Below, one piece after another: positions 51,277 to 64,000 of a stretch of 64,000 nt of DNA. The notes beneath the pieces are model-generated. The model was not told the origin of the DNA and searched no databases. It was given only the letters and a program-made list of their open reading frames with translations. The position numbers were made by a program, and so were the translations under genes. Numbering within the stretch: position 1 is the stretch's first letter; each line of letters starts with the position of its first letter. The DNA comes from Magallana gigas (Eukaryota). The stretch covers positions 41,540,001-41,604,000 of the forward strand of contig NC_088858.1 of NCBI RefSeq assembly GCF_963853765.1, read 5' to 3'.

Positions 51277-54200
51277 ATGGCGTCTGGTAAAAAAAATATT
51301 TTTTTTCTATTGAAAATTAGGCATTCAGGACTTTTATGGTCATAGTTTAAACAGACATGAATAAGGATTGTTCTTAGATTTATAGTGATAGTAGACGACA
51401 TTTATTGATTATGTTTATACATATATTTCTCGAAACTTAATCAAATAGCTCAGAAAACAGGATTATATGATGGGGGGGGGGGGGGGGGGGGGGTGCGGGT
51501 GACACTGAAAATCAGGGATACTGTCAATGTGATTCTGAATCCGCAAATTAATTCAAGATGTGATGGTTTTCTACGTTTTTTAGATTCACTTAAAAGTCAA
51601 TGTAATATTTGGTGAAGTAGACACGTGCATATATATGGCAAGAATACAATACAGTTTCCCAGTGCGGCAAATTTGTAACCTAGTTACAAATGAAACCAGA
51701 CTAATATAATAATTACCCTTCCTGATTTAAACTTCAACCATGTTTCAAATTCTGTATAAAACCCATGTCTACTGTAAAACAGGATAACAGGGGTAACGAA
51801 GGTAACACACCAAAGGCAGACCCTTGTTTCTATACTTAGCTATGTTCTGAAACAGGGTTACATGGGTTACGAGGGTAACAGACCCTTGTTTAAATTTTGA
51901 AAATTCCTTTGGTGGAGTATTTTTATTTGATAACACCTTCTGTCAGAATCAAAATGATACCATGATTAAGAATATTGGACCATTCATTTATAAGGTACAA
52001 AATGTGGTCGTTATACATTGAATACCTTAAATGATATCATTTTTTCCAGCTGATATTTGCTTTGAAAGTATCTTCTATTTGTAAACTGAAATGCATCCAT
52101 TTTGCAGACACATCCTTTTGGATAAAGTTTTTCACAGAATGTGGGATACCAGCAGGGGAGGCAACAAACTATGCCATCATTTTCACAGATAATCGCATTC
52201 AGAAGGACATGTTGATAGATCTGACCAAAGAATACCTCAAAGACATGGGGATAACAGTGCTGGGTGATGTTATTGGGATTCTCAAGCATGCAAAAGAAGT
52301 CCATTCTCAGGTATATTCCATAGTAGAGTACTATGAATGAATCAGTTTAATTCATCTATAGAAGTTATATTCCTTATAAAACAAAAACTGGTAAATGTAC
52401 ATCACTTCATATAATGTGAAAATAAAACAAAGACAAACATTCTTGCGTTTTTATTAAATGAGTAACCAAGGTTTTTATTTCATCGACAAATCTGTCATTA
52501 TCTAAATTCCTATAGATTTAGATTATTTAAGCATACCAATACATTTGTTTCATTTGATTTTATGTCAAAACAAAACAGATTCAATGTCATTTTTTTTCAA
52601 ACAAATTTTTAAGAATGCCCGTGACAAGGCTCTGAAAGGTTCTGTGGCAGACAGGCCAGTCCCACTGGTTCCTAAAAGGTCAACAGGTAAGACAACATAC
52701 CTGAGAGAGGAAAAATTACAGTTCTTATAAAACTGTGATATGTCATCTCCACTTATTGATTTTAGAGGTTCTGAGAGTTCAGTTTCAATGATTTTTAAGA
52801 CATGTTCTATTATCACCAGATTGCAGCCCATCATAATTTGCATATTTTAATCTATTTGTAATAATCAGTATATACATATAAGTAACAAGAAATTATTTTG
52901 AGATATACATGTAGTATTGTAGTTTGTATGTTTACATATTATTATTATATTTTGAGGTAAAGTTAGTTACTTACACACATGCATATGACTCCCATGGTCA
53001 AAGAGAATATTTCTCTTGATCCAATTTGCTCTGACCAACTTAGATCTTAAAACTCATATGGTAACTGTACACATATTTCTTTGTGTAAATATAGCTGCGA
53101 GCCGGACAGTTAATCACTACATTGGTAAAGACCCGGATGCTGCCCCCATGAACCTGCCCATTGTTCCAAAGCTGTCCAGGGAGCTGTCCGCCAGACTAGG
53201 TGAATCCCCTCGATCAGGTAGGTTGCCCTGAATTATGGCTATTCTAATTATAAACAATTAATTATATACGTACATATTGCTTATGATTACAAATTTTTTT
53301 TATAGGCATGTACATGCATCAATCATAGGAAGTCTCTTATATAATTGCAAAATGTTAAATTTTTCATACCTTTAAAACATTAACAATTCAAGTTGTTAAG
53401 ATCAGTACGAATTGTTACAGCAAATACCCCTATATAAATAAATTCATGCTAACTGAAGAGTCTATTTTCTTCCACTTATCTTAAAATATTATACACATAA
53501 ATAATAAATTTTTATTTATCTTTTTGCAGAATCTCCTAAAGATATGAGTAATGTTGTTAAAATACCTGTTAGTACACGGTTACAAGAAGAGGTTCCAGTC
53601 CCCAAATCTCGAAGGGTTTTACCTGAGCATGAGGGCAGGTACAAAATAAAAATGCCCTCGGGTACCACCGCCAAAACTCAGAAAATATTAGAACAGGGTC
53701 TGCCAGCAGGTATATACACAAAAAATTGGACAATATGTTTGCACTGTACATTAGAAAATGGAATATTGTAAGGTTTGCTATACTGGTACATGTACTTTTT
53801 CTTTTTATGAAAGGTTTTTGCATTAAGTACAAAAACTTAAAAGTTTTAGCTTCTTGGGAGTAAAAATTTCTGTGGTAGATAATGGGGATGAATAATGAAT
53901 TTTTTTTAAATGTGCTTCATTGGAATTCAAAGGTAGAACAATCTTTAAAAGTCATTCAGAAAAAATACATAAGGAATAAAGGTAGCTAAAGGAGTGCAGT
54001 TGTAGTTTTGCAGACTTGAAGATTAACAATGTACCTGTATATGTTTTATACTTTTGGCATCTCCCAATGAAATAGAGCTATTTACTTTTGAATCTGACTG
54101 GTGATTTCATGCTTTTTTGCATCACACCAAAATTACTTTTAGTTTTAACAAATCTCAAAGCAAATTCTTGATTTTGCAGGAAGGAGAAAATCTAATGTGT

Positions 54201-55773
54201 TTGAGAGACTGGGTGAAGAATCTCCCAATCCAACTAGTGCTAAAACTTCGCCTATCTCAGTATGTTGTAATTACTATACCATTACTCTTTGATTCAGAAA
54301 GTTCCATTGTGTTGTTCATCTTTTCTAGCCAAGGATTTTTGGTTTATGGACTGAAAACCCTTGGCTATAGAAGTTGTGCATTGTTCTACACATTAAAGTT
54401 TTCTCGTTAAAGCTTATTAGAAATATAAAGTTAATTTTAAACTACTGGTACTTACATTGTAAATGTGACTGTTTCTATTCTATCCTCAGCCCTCTGTTTT
54501 CAACCGCCTTGGAGGTAAATCAGCAGTCAAACGTCCAGCCACGTCAACATCAGTCGAGACAGACCCAGATCCTGGTGAGCCTCCGCTCGAGTATGCTGGT
54601 GTCCTCAAATCCTCTCCAACACCAGTCAAAAAGACTAAAGTCACCATCACCAATAACAAAAAGTACGCCTCTCTAGGAAAGATCACCATATCCAACAAAA
54701 CTGTGACAAGTGCCACTGGCAAGATCATGGAGAAGACAGTCACAACCAAAAAACTACTGGTGGCCAAAAAGCCAGGTAGGTCAAATGCGATGGTTTGTTC
54801 ACTGCAACAATAGCATCAAAAATGAGTGTTTGAAGAAAACGAGAATTACCAAGTGCATGTATATCTTTAAGATTCAAGATTAGAAGAAGAGAGATTGCCC
54901 TTGATATGTTTGCAAATTTAAGATAGAGGAAAAATTGCATTTTTTACACATTGAATATTCATAACAGAGATATCAAGCTCAAAATATATTGCAAAGGTCT
55001 AAAAATTAACTCACATATACTTAATTGACATGCCATTTTTATTTTAATTTATTCTTCATTTTGGATGCAACAAGTTCATGGTACTACATGTAGGTTTACA
55101 AACCCCAATTTGCTGTAGTACATAAACTATTTTTTTGTCATACAAATAATCATGTAGTATCCTTTTTTTTAATTTTTGAAAAAGTTGTGGTCAAACCAAG
55201 TCCAATGTCATCGTCAGCGGCAATGGATATGGCAAGTAGTGGTACCAGCATCAGACAGAGGCTGGGAAAGAAGGTCAGCCTTCCAGTGGTGTCCAGCACC
55301 ACCGATGACGGGGAAAGCCCCGCAGTCAGGACAGGTAAATGATGTCTGCATTATTCACAAAATATAGAATATACATAGCTATTGACAATTACCGTATATG
55401 GATTACTAGTTGTACTTAAAAGCTAAATGTTTTGTTCTGAAGTAATTTTATGCTACTACCTATTGCAATTACTACCTTGAGTTTATGCTTTTATATGCAG
55501 TTTTTAAAAAAGTAAAATGCTTTAGAGGTTTTTTGCATTGTCCAAAATTTTTATGGTAGCTAATTATCTAGTCCTTTGTCTTTTGCATTTTAAGTTGCAA
55601 ATGCTATTTGTTGATTTAAAATTGAATGCTGTAACTTTTATAAAAATGTTTCAAAGAATTTTTAAGATTCATTTTTGCTTTATTTTGAAGGCATTGCAAA
55701 GAAAGGCAAAGGGCAGAAATCAGAGGTCAGCTCTAGCAATGGTGTCTTCAGCAGGCTGGGGAAAGCTGTGTAA
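51277..55773 (+). CDS. C19orf47: C19orf47 homolog (N-terminal SAM-like domain)
   Basis: Micro-exon 51277-51286 (MAS, inferred); 52108-52310 (SFWIKFFTECGIP..NYAIIFTDNRIQKDMLIDLTKEYLKDMGITVLGDVIGILKHAK); 52614-52686; 53095-53217; 53530-53709 (VLPEHEGRYKIKMPSGTT); 54180-~54258; 54491-54776; ~55184-55334; 55691-55773. Repeated VF.RLG motifs. Confidence 0.85.
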
Positions 55774-57623
55774 CTCAGTGGCTCCAAGGAGATGACGCAA
55801 GGTTAAACAGAGTGACTCTGTAATGTGATGTATGAGAGAGTGCAGGCTGTCGCTAAAGTTCAACAGTATCATGAATGCTTCCAAATGGACAAACTGTCAG
55901 TGCTACATGTAGATTTGGGCATTAATAGTTTAGAGGGAATAGCACAATGTACTTGTTATGAAATCTATTGCTTTCACAAGCAGAGAGGAGACAATCTTTA
56001 CTAGATGAAGGTGACCTCTACTAGTTAAATGACATACAGGTGTGTACAGTTCTGACAAACTGTGTACAAAGCTCTGCAGGTTTTCTTGTTATAGATATTT
56101 TTTTGTAACAATTTGATTTCATAGCTGTGATCTGACAATCTTGATAAACTGAAATTTTATTTAAAATTTTCTTTTTCCCAGGTACATGTTTGTATAATGT
56201 TACAGGTGTTGTTTTAACTGTACATTGTTGGTTAAAATTCGTGACTGGATGATAAACTCTTAGTGCAATATGATGGAAATATGTTTGAAAACAATATTGA
56301 AGACAACACTGTTTGGCTGACATTGAATTTTTAGCCTATAAAGTTCAGTTTTCAACATGGCAGACTAGCATTCATCTAAACTACCGGTATATATTTAAAC
56401 TATGTGTTAATTTAGTCTGTAAAAAATCAATCACTCACAAGACTGAGTGATACATTTTACAACATTGCTCCCTTTTGAATTAATTACACCCTGGTATAAT
56501 CTTCATTAAAAATTGCAACGTTCAAAAAGGTAAGGGGAAATACAATAACTCTGACGATTTATATTTCATTTTTTGTCCTGTTGCAATTCAATGATACAAA
56601 AAAATTGTATACATCAAATTTTTTCAATCAAATTGGTTTCTACTGATGAATTATCACTGCATATGGAAAACGTATACAGTACTAGGTAGTATACATGTAT
56701 GTGCATATTTGTCTAATTTTTATTTATTTATTTTTTTACATTTTTTTTGGGTCTTTAAAGACAGTATTTTTAAATACTAGGGTAAATTGATTTGTCATTA
56801 AAAAAAAAATCAATTCTTGTATGAGTAGTTTAATTTGGATGTAGTAATTTTTTTGAAGAGGAGAAGGAATGAATTTCTTGTAGGTAATATGAATTCTAGG
56901 GGTTTATTTGAGAGGGTTTGGAGTGTACAAATTTTGGTTGGTATATAAATAGCAAGATATGCTCCATTTCATTTGGAATCAATATTTGTTTCAATGTAGT
57001 CATAATTGTTTTAATACATGTATATTCAGTAGGATGATAATAAATACCAGTTTACAAAGAGTTTTTAAAGTGTCTTGTGTATTTACTTATTGTAGATGTG
57101 TGCAAGCCAAAAATAAATCCCAATCAACATACTGTTTTCTAGAACCATAATTTATGAATGAAAAACAGAATACTCATTGTTCATATGAAATACTGACCCA
57201 GTATGGTTTGTACTGTATTTTCTTTAATATTCAAAGCCTGCATGCAATATTTTACCTAGCATTTTATGCTGATATGTTAGTGTAAAAATGTTTGCTAAAG
57301 AAAATTCATGAAATAGTTAAACATTTTATGAACAGTTCAAAAAGTGGCTACTAGAAAGAAAAATATCTGTGTTAAATTTTGTTTTTCTTTAGGCATTCAA
57401 GCACCACATTTTATCATTGGTGTTTGTGTGATATTTGGCCGAATGCTCATACGGGTCGGAACCGGGGGTTCTTTTTACTGTTTTCTTTTTGCTTGACAAG
57501 ATTTTTGATAAGATGACATGTACATGTAGTTTCTAATTTGAATTGCGCACATTTTTATAATATGAATTTTTGGACTTTTTCGACAAGAATGTCGAGAAAC
57601 CCATATATGGATCATGTTAAATA

Positions 57624-58736
57624 CCGTAATCCGGTGAATATAATACGCAGTAGTGTACAATACGCACCCCCCACTTTGGGCCTGAAAATGGTGAAAAAAG
57701 CTTGTTGGGATGTATAATACGCATCAAAAAAATTGACCAAACGGCAATCCTGAGTATCAACAAATCAGTTATACTTTGTATGCACGCTTGAAACTTCATC
57801 ACGGGAATACGCTACCGGAAATAAGAAAAACACAATATTTTCTTAGATACGGATTTATTGTAACTAATACATCGCGGTAATATCTTTAATTCATAATCAA
57901 TGTTTTAAATAGACCTAGCATTAAATATTCTACCGTAAATAAAATCAACTACTTATATAATTATTTAGTCATTACAATCCCTGTGAAGTGAAAAACGGAT
58001 GATGTACAGGTATGGAGATAACGGACCTAATTAAATTCTTAAATGACTCTGATCAAAGTGATCAATTAGAGGCCTGAAACATAATAAAATATATGCTCAA
58101 ATAGTTGTGTTGTGTAAAGTACACATAGCCTAAGGGGGGTGTCTGAGATACCCAAGGTGTCAAGCGTTAGCGGAGGGGGAGCACAACTGTTTCTGAATCA
58201 ATGGCTTCAATTAAAGGAATAGGTTATAGAATTATTTATATTCATAATTATTTGCAATAAATTAATTAGCATTACATGAAAATGGTTAAAAATGAGCCAA
58301 ATGATGTGTAAGCTGTTTTCAAAGATCGGTTACAAATAGCACGTGGCCATCCAAGTCCGCATTCTATTAATAACAGCTGTAATGGCGGCGTACACGGAGA
58401 TAAAGAATAGACAATTCAAATCAATTTTTAAAGGCCATTTTGAAACAGTTTATTTATTAACAGACTTAAAGTGTACATTTTCTTTAATTACATGCTATAG
58501 TAATGATTTCCTAAGGGTTAAATAATAATATATATGTGACAATGAAGGAATGTTACGATGTATAGCGGGGTATCGGTCCTGTCTGTGAACAGCATAGGTA
58601 ATACGGCAGTATGATACCCCGTGCTTCAGCTAGGGAAAAAATATGTCCAAATCCTATAGGGATGTATAATACGCACCCCTTTCTCACGGTAAAAGATGCT
58701 GGGAAAAAAGTGCGTATTATATTCACCGGATTACGG
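57624..58736. mobile_element. 1.1-kb non-autonomous Tc1/mariner (pogo/Tigger-like) element
   Basis: Perfect TIR CCGTAATCCGGTGAATATAATACGCA / TGCGTATTATATTCACCGGATTACGG, TA on both flanks, and subterminal repeats of TAATACGCA. Confidence 0.85.
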
Positions 58737-58829
58737 TAATATTTAAAAATAAAATTAATTAAATCAAACTATGTATCAGTAATAGAAATATTTCTTGAAA
58801 ATTGTATGGATCCAAGGAATATTAAACTC

Positions 58830-58918
58830 TAGTCTCGTTCAACCAAACGCTTGGCTGACACCGTAAATCTCCGCCAAGGATTCACGGAGACAGCCCAGCG
58901 TCGAGTTGAATGAGACTA
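58830..58918. mobile_element. 89-bp miniature element with TAG..CTA termini and a ~10-bp TSD (AcademH-type MITE candidate)
   Basis: Left TAGTCTCGTTCAACCAAACGCTTGGCTG versus reverse complement of the right end TAGTCTCATTCAACTCGACGCTGGGCTG. Flanks are TATTAAACTC (58820-58829) and TATTGAACTC (58919-58928). Confidence 0.6.
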
Positions 58919-60226
58919 TATTGAACTCTGGCGTAGGAATACATACCACTACAAAAAATATTTAAATTGTTAGTACAATGTACCATTTAAAATCTGACTA
59001 TTTTCAAGGTATTTATAAATAAGTTTTATTGAAAAACAATGCTTTAGCATACATAACATCGAATTTATCAATTATTTTCAAGAACTAAGTCTTGTCAGCA
59101 GCAATGATTTGTGCTGAGGTCCAAACACTGTTTCACTTTCGGTTTGTCTGAGTAACTGTATAGGAGAGTTGATTAAAATCAACTCCCAAAAATGAAAGAA
59201 AATTTGAGAAAATAATAAAAAGATTATATTAAGGTAAATATGAAACTATAGAAATAGGATTAAGAAAGTAAAACAATTCAAGTAGTAAATCACCAGCTGA
59301 GGAAATTACCAAATGGCATCCTTTTTTAGGATCATCATTTCAATGTGATGCTTAAAGTAAAAAGGAGAAGGGGGCAAAAAGACAAGCTGTAGCTTCTTGT
59401 ATAAACTACAAACTAGCAGGTTATCACGGGAATTGTTTCTTGAGTGCATGTCAAATGACTTATTTAAACAATAAAATGCTTTTTTTGGTGATTCATGCGG
59501 GAAATGAAGGGGGCGACATTGCAGAAAAAATACATAACCCACATTTTTTCTGCAATGATCGCTAGTTTGCTACCTTCATAACCTGCATGAGTCATCAAAG
59601 AAAGCATTTTATTGTTTACCGGTGTATATACATCTTTCTTTTAAAAAATGATTAAATTGATTATAAAAATTAAGTAAAATTCGCTAGATGTAGTTATTAT
59701 AAGTTTATAAAATGTAGAACCCCTCCCCCCTTTGATCTGTGCATGATTTGTTGACATTTGTGACTTCAAAATTTGGTGGATGTTATCTATAATGATCTGA
59801 AGGGTAAATTATAATTGATTTACTGTCATACCAAAAAGTCTATCCTAATTTAATGTTACCATAATGAAAATGAGTTATCCCCTAAAAAGAAAGATAACTC
59901 TAAAAATCCCTGTCTGACAAATTTTATTTTAGTATTTGACTTGAGACTTAAACTAAACCATTCATTTTTCTCTACAATTTACTTACAGAAAAAAGAACCA
60001 AAATACGAGCAAAACAGTTTATTTAAAAACAAAACTTGCATTTCAAATGAAAAAGATAAAAACAAACTCATACACATATTGCAAAATAAATCGGACAGAC
60101 TCTTATCCCATTAGAAGAAGTTCCCATTTACTCTAATTAACAGATATTGATACTAAAAGTTTCAAAAATATTGATGAATGATCCAGCACATAGTTTATAA
60201 TGCACACAGTTGTTTATAGTAGTTGT

Positions 60227-61441
60227 TCACTTTCTCATGTTTCTGTGTATAAAGTAGGCCCCTGCTGCCAGGGCAGCAATAAGGGCTAGAGAACCACCCA
60301 CAATGGTTGCTAAACCGAGTCCAGAGGAGCTGTCTGAGGGATTGATATTTGAAGAGGAACCAGAACTTTGGTTAGGGCCATTCTCACTTTCTTCATTCTC
60401 TCTCCTTTGCTGCTGAAATGGGAAAAAAATAAAGCATGAATAAACACAAAAATATGTGTATGCTGCTACACAATTTTATAATTTTCTTGGGGTGTGTATT
60501 ATGTATAAGGGTCTAAAAGAAAACATTTTTTATAAGACAGCTTCAGTGAAAACCATTCCTGAAAGTCCTCTTATCAACCTATAACAAAAAATCTATTCCA
60601 GTAAATGTATGTCACTCATCCCTTTTAATATGGCGTATCTTGACATTCTCATTCAAGTTCTTTACTTACTAGTATTGCTTCCTCCGCCCCTTGTAGAACT
60701 CTAAGTGTGACAGTTTCCCCCGCATTCACAAAATGTTGTACAGCTTCATTATGGGTAACTCTGTCTAAACTAAAACCATTTATCTGAAACAAAAGTAGTC
60801 ATGTATTTACCGGGGTACCTGTTATTAGAAATCTGAAAATTGACATGTGCATTTAAGTTTACATTTCATATACATAATATGTCTATAATAAGCTTCACAT
60901 ACATGTAAAAGCAACTAAATGTTGAGGTGTTCCTAATATCAAGTGTTAATGAAGCAATGAAGTATTGGCATAATAACATTTTTTTTTTTACCAGGTAATT
61001 TAGACTATAATATTAATATGTATCTGGGATTATTAAAACTTCTTAATAAATGTAGGTGCAGTACTCAACACCACCAGTTAAATGTATTATTCATAAAGTG
61101 ATATCATGGATGCTGAATTTTCTCTGAATTTTAGTTTTGGAATCATATTGGGTAAAATTGAATATTCATTTCTGGTGAGCACTAATTGATATATGTCAAT
61201 TTTCATCATTAATTATGAAGATACATTGCACCACATGTCATAAAATTCTTATGAAATGTTCAAGCAATCCTTACAAGAAATGTTGAATATCTACAAATAT
61301 TTACCTCTAAAATTTTATCTCCTTCTCTTAAACGACCATCTAAAAATGCGGCACCATCCTCTCTTATTTTAGTTACAAAGATTCCAGAGTCCCCCTGTAC
61401 ATATGGAATGTCTACACCTCCTCTTATGTTGAAACCTAGGC
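60227..61441 (-). CDS. SYNJ2BP: synaptojanin-2-binding protein / OMP25 (PDZ plus C-terminal TM), partial
   Basis: Exons 61441-61305 ([46 protein letters not shown]), 60783-60670 ([29 protein letters not shown]) and 60412-60227 ([30 protein letters not shown]). First coding exon not located. Confidence 0.87.
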
Positions 61442-62320
61442 CTGTAAAACAAGGTTCTCTCTTGTAATAAATATTCAAAGAAGTAGCAAAATGAAAGGCA
61501 ATAACAAATAATACAATTTTCTTAGAAGTAATACATGTACTAATCATCTGAGTAAGTAAATGATTTATTATATTATAGTGATGAGAGGCAATGACCAACA
61601 ATGCATCTTTCTATGAAAAAAAATATTCATGTACTGATCATCTGTTAGTAAGTAAATAAGTAAGTAAATATATTAATCATTATAGTGATGTGTTTCATAT
61701 AATCATAAACAACATGTGTATTATATAATAATGAAAGAAATAAACAACAGATGCATCAGAGCTATATATCACTTCATAAACATGAATATACTGTACAAAT
61801 AATAAATTTGTGCATTTCTATTTTTTATCAGTACATGTACATGTATAAGATTATTTATTTTGTGTGACAAACTAGTTCCCATAGCATTATAATAATATTT
61901 AAGATAAAGACCCATTAAACAATTTTTTAATAAATATAAAGTTATTGCATGTGTATTTAAAATTATTAGCTTCAGTACATGCAGGCATTCAAAACAAAAT
62001 GTATGCTACTTTCATGTCAATTCTGTAGATCCACGGTTCATCAACCTAAATTAACAGTAAAGCTGCAGAGTTCTGCAGCTAGATTTAAAATAGTTGTTTC
62101 ATAATTTTGTTAACACTTAATTTGTCAACCACTAGCACATGTTGTTGACACTTTGGAAATGCGGGCCAACATTGCACATATGTTTCATATTACAGACATT
62201 GTTAATATAGTCCACAGTCAGTACAGACATTGATATTTATATTGATTTCATGTCAACATCTACTGGTAGATGTTTATCACATGCATAAACACTGTGAACC
62301 AATTTAGACAATAATTTTCT

Positions 62321-62359
62321 TTCATTAACAAATACTGTTAAACAGTATTTGTTAATGAA
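62321..62359. repeat. perfect 39-bp palindrome
   Basis: TTCATTAACAAATACTGTT-A-AACAGTATTTGTTAATGAA. Confidence 0.9.
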
Positions 62360-63634
62360 TACAAAACAGTACATTGTTATTTATACAAAGCGTTTTTACA
62401 TTTGTCATTAAAATTAACATTTGATGATGTCAAAGTGTCAAAATTAATATAATTAAACAAAAGTATATGTTTTTACAGAGGAGTAGTGGAAATTCTTTAA
62501 TCTGCATAATACACTATATTTTTTTTCTCCATTACCACTTAGAATGATATTATCAGGTCCCTATATCGGGCTTGGGGTAATGCTAAATGTAATAGTAATG
62601 CATTGCAATGCATTACATACAGTCGTTTTACCGGTAACGAATATTTGCCAGTATCGAATAATTTTTAGAAAAATTATTGGTGAAAGACGAAGTTAAGGTT
62701 TCAAAAAATCCTAGCTAGGTAATTATAATACAGAAATAAATATTCTATCAGTGTGTGAAGTTGTTTGACATTTGCACGATTGTTCACCGTATTGTTTACA
62801 GATTAAAAAGGTGACCCAGATATGAGCTGCCGGAAGTGCAAGGCAGAAAAAATGAAAGTGTGAAAACAATTAAGCCTGACTATGAAAATAAGTTTGTTAT
62901 TGACCCCTATTTTGTGGATAATTAGTAATTATAATCCAGTTAATAAGATTAGGCATCATATCAAATAATAATGGAGTTTTGAATGAAATTACGACTTCCA
63001 ATAGAACCATGTGTAGTTTTCCTAGTTTCGGGTCATTGCGATAGAAGCATTATTTGGCTGGATATATTGATAGATGTACAAGAAAAACAAAGGCAAATGA
63101 CAATTACTTATCATCAATTACAAATATAGAGTGTTTTCATGAAAATTCAATTTTCAATTTCATTAAGTAACACAAATGAAAACTGTTAGTCCAGTTTCAA
63201 TTTGACGGGAAAACGGTATGACAAAAATAACGATCATATTATTTGTTTAAATGACATATTCACACAATTATTTTTCCTTCTTCATTTATAAGTCTATTAA
63301 CATGTACCTCTAGTATATTTTTTAAATTAATTCGCCTCAAAATATTCTGTCAGAAGTAATAGAGGGCGCTTGATTTGATACTGGAAAACGAATTCGAAAC
63401 TAGATTTTTGGAGGTTTGATTCTACAGTTTAGAAGGACAAAGAAACGTGATTTAAACAAAAAATAAAAACATTTGGAATTCTCATAATAATAGTCGCATG
63501 CACGATGAAACCGCATACTGATTCGTTAGCGGTAAAACGACTGTACATGTATTTTCAAAGTAATGCTAGTAATGTGTAATGCCACAATTTTAGCATTACA
63601 AGTAATGGTGATGTAAAATCTAGTGTAATGCTGG

Positions 63635-63683
63635 CATTCTTTTCTCTCTTTATATAGGGCCTATATATAGAGAGAAAAGAATG
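63635..63683. repeat. near-perfect 49-bp palindrome
   Basis: CATTCTTTTCTCTCTTTATATAGG-G-CCTATATATAGAGAGAAAAGAATG, with one T/T mismatch. Confidence 0.85.
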
Positions 63684-64000
63684 AGTTTCAATCACATCAC
63701 TATGAGTATGTATCGCTTAAATGATTGGATCACAGAGATGGTTACATTATTGCAGCTAAGCAATATATGGATCAGGTAAATAAATTCATAGCCACTGTTA
63801 TATCTTTATTCAATCAAATATACCATTTAAGTAAAAAAAATGAATTGCGCAAGTTTTAAATTTTCTGCATGATGCATCTCGAAATTGAATTTAACGGTCG
63901 AGGAAATTCGAAAAAAAGTGATCACAAACCAAAATAATGGTATCTATAGATAAGATGCAGTCGGCAAGAAAAAATAAGCACAAACCATGATTTCCCCTTT

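Noticed and set aside
62000-62060. ATGAACCGTGGATCTACAG as the missing first SYNJ2BP exon
   Set aside because: No GT donor follows in the required phase.

Overview
AT-rich, intron-rich animal genomic DNA, most likely oyster (Crassostrea/Magallana); this is inferred from a Cg170-like ~166-bp satellite inside a Helentron-type element. Host genes, left to right: MOK kinase (+, 5' exons not found, with two mutually exclusive 79-nt exons), ANKEF1 (-), a selenocysteine glutathione peroxidase with in-frame TGA and a SECIS (+), PPP2R3C (-), a C19orf47 homolog (+) and SYNJ2BP/OMP25 (-, first coding exon not located). The main result lies in a 12.8-kb MOK intron. It holds an 11.6-kb PIF/Harbinger transposon whose transposase is interrupted by a 6,993-bp DNA transposon (15142-22134; 97-bp TIRs, 5-bp TTGAA TSD). 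By manual splicing this inner element has two open, convergent, interleaved genes: a 12-exon ~855-aa DDE transposase with Academ-like motifs (-) and a 4-exon ~211-aa protein joining a MADS-box (SRF-like) domain to a PHD finger (+). Its TIRs carry periodic CArG-like CCCAAAYGGG boxes, suggesting a transposon that uses its own MADS protein to recognise its ends. All gene models were built by eye from the ORF track and GT-AG signals; no database search was run.
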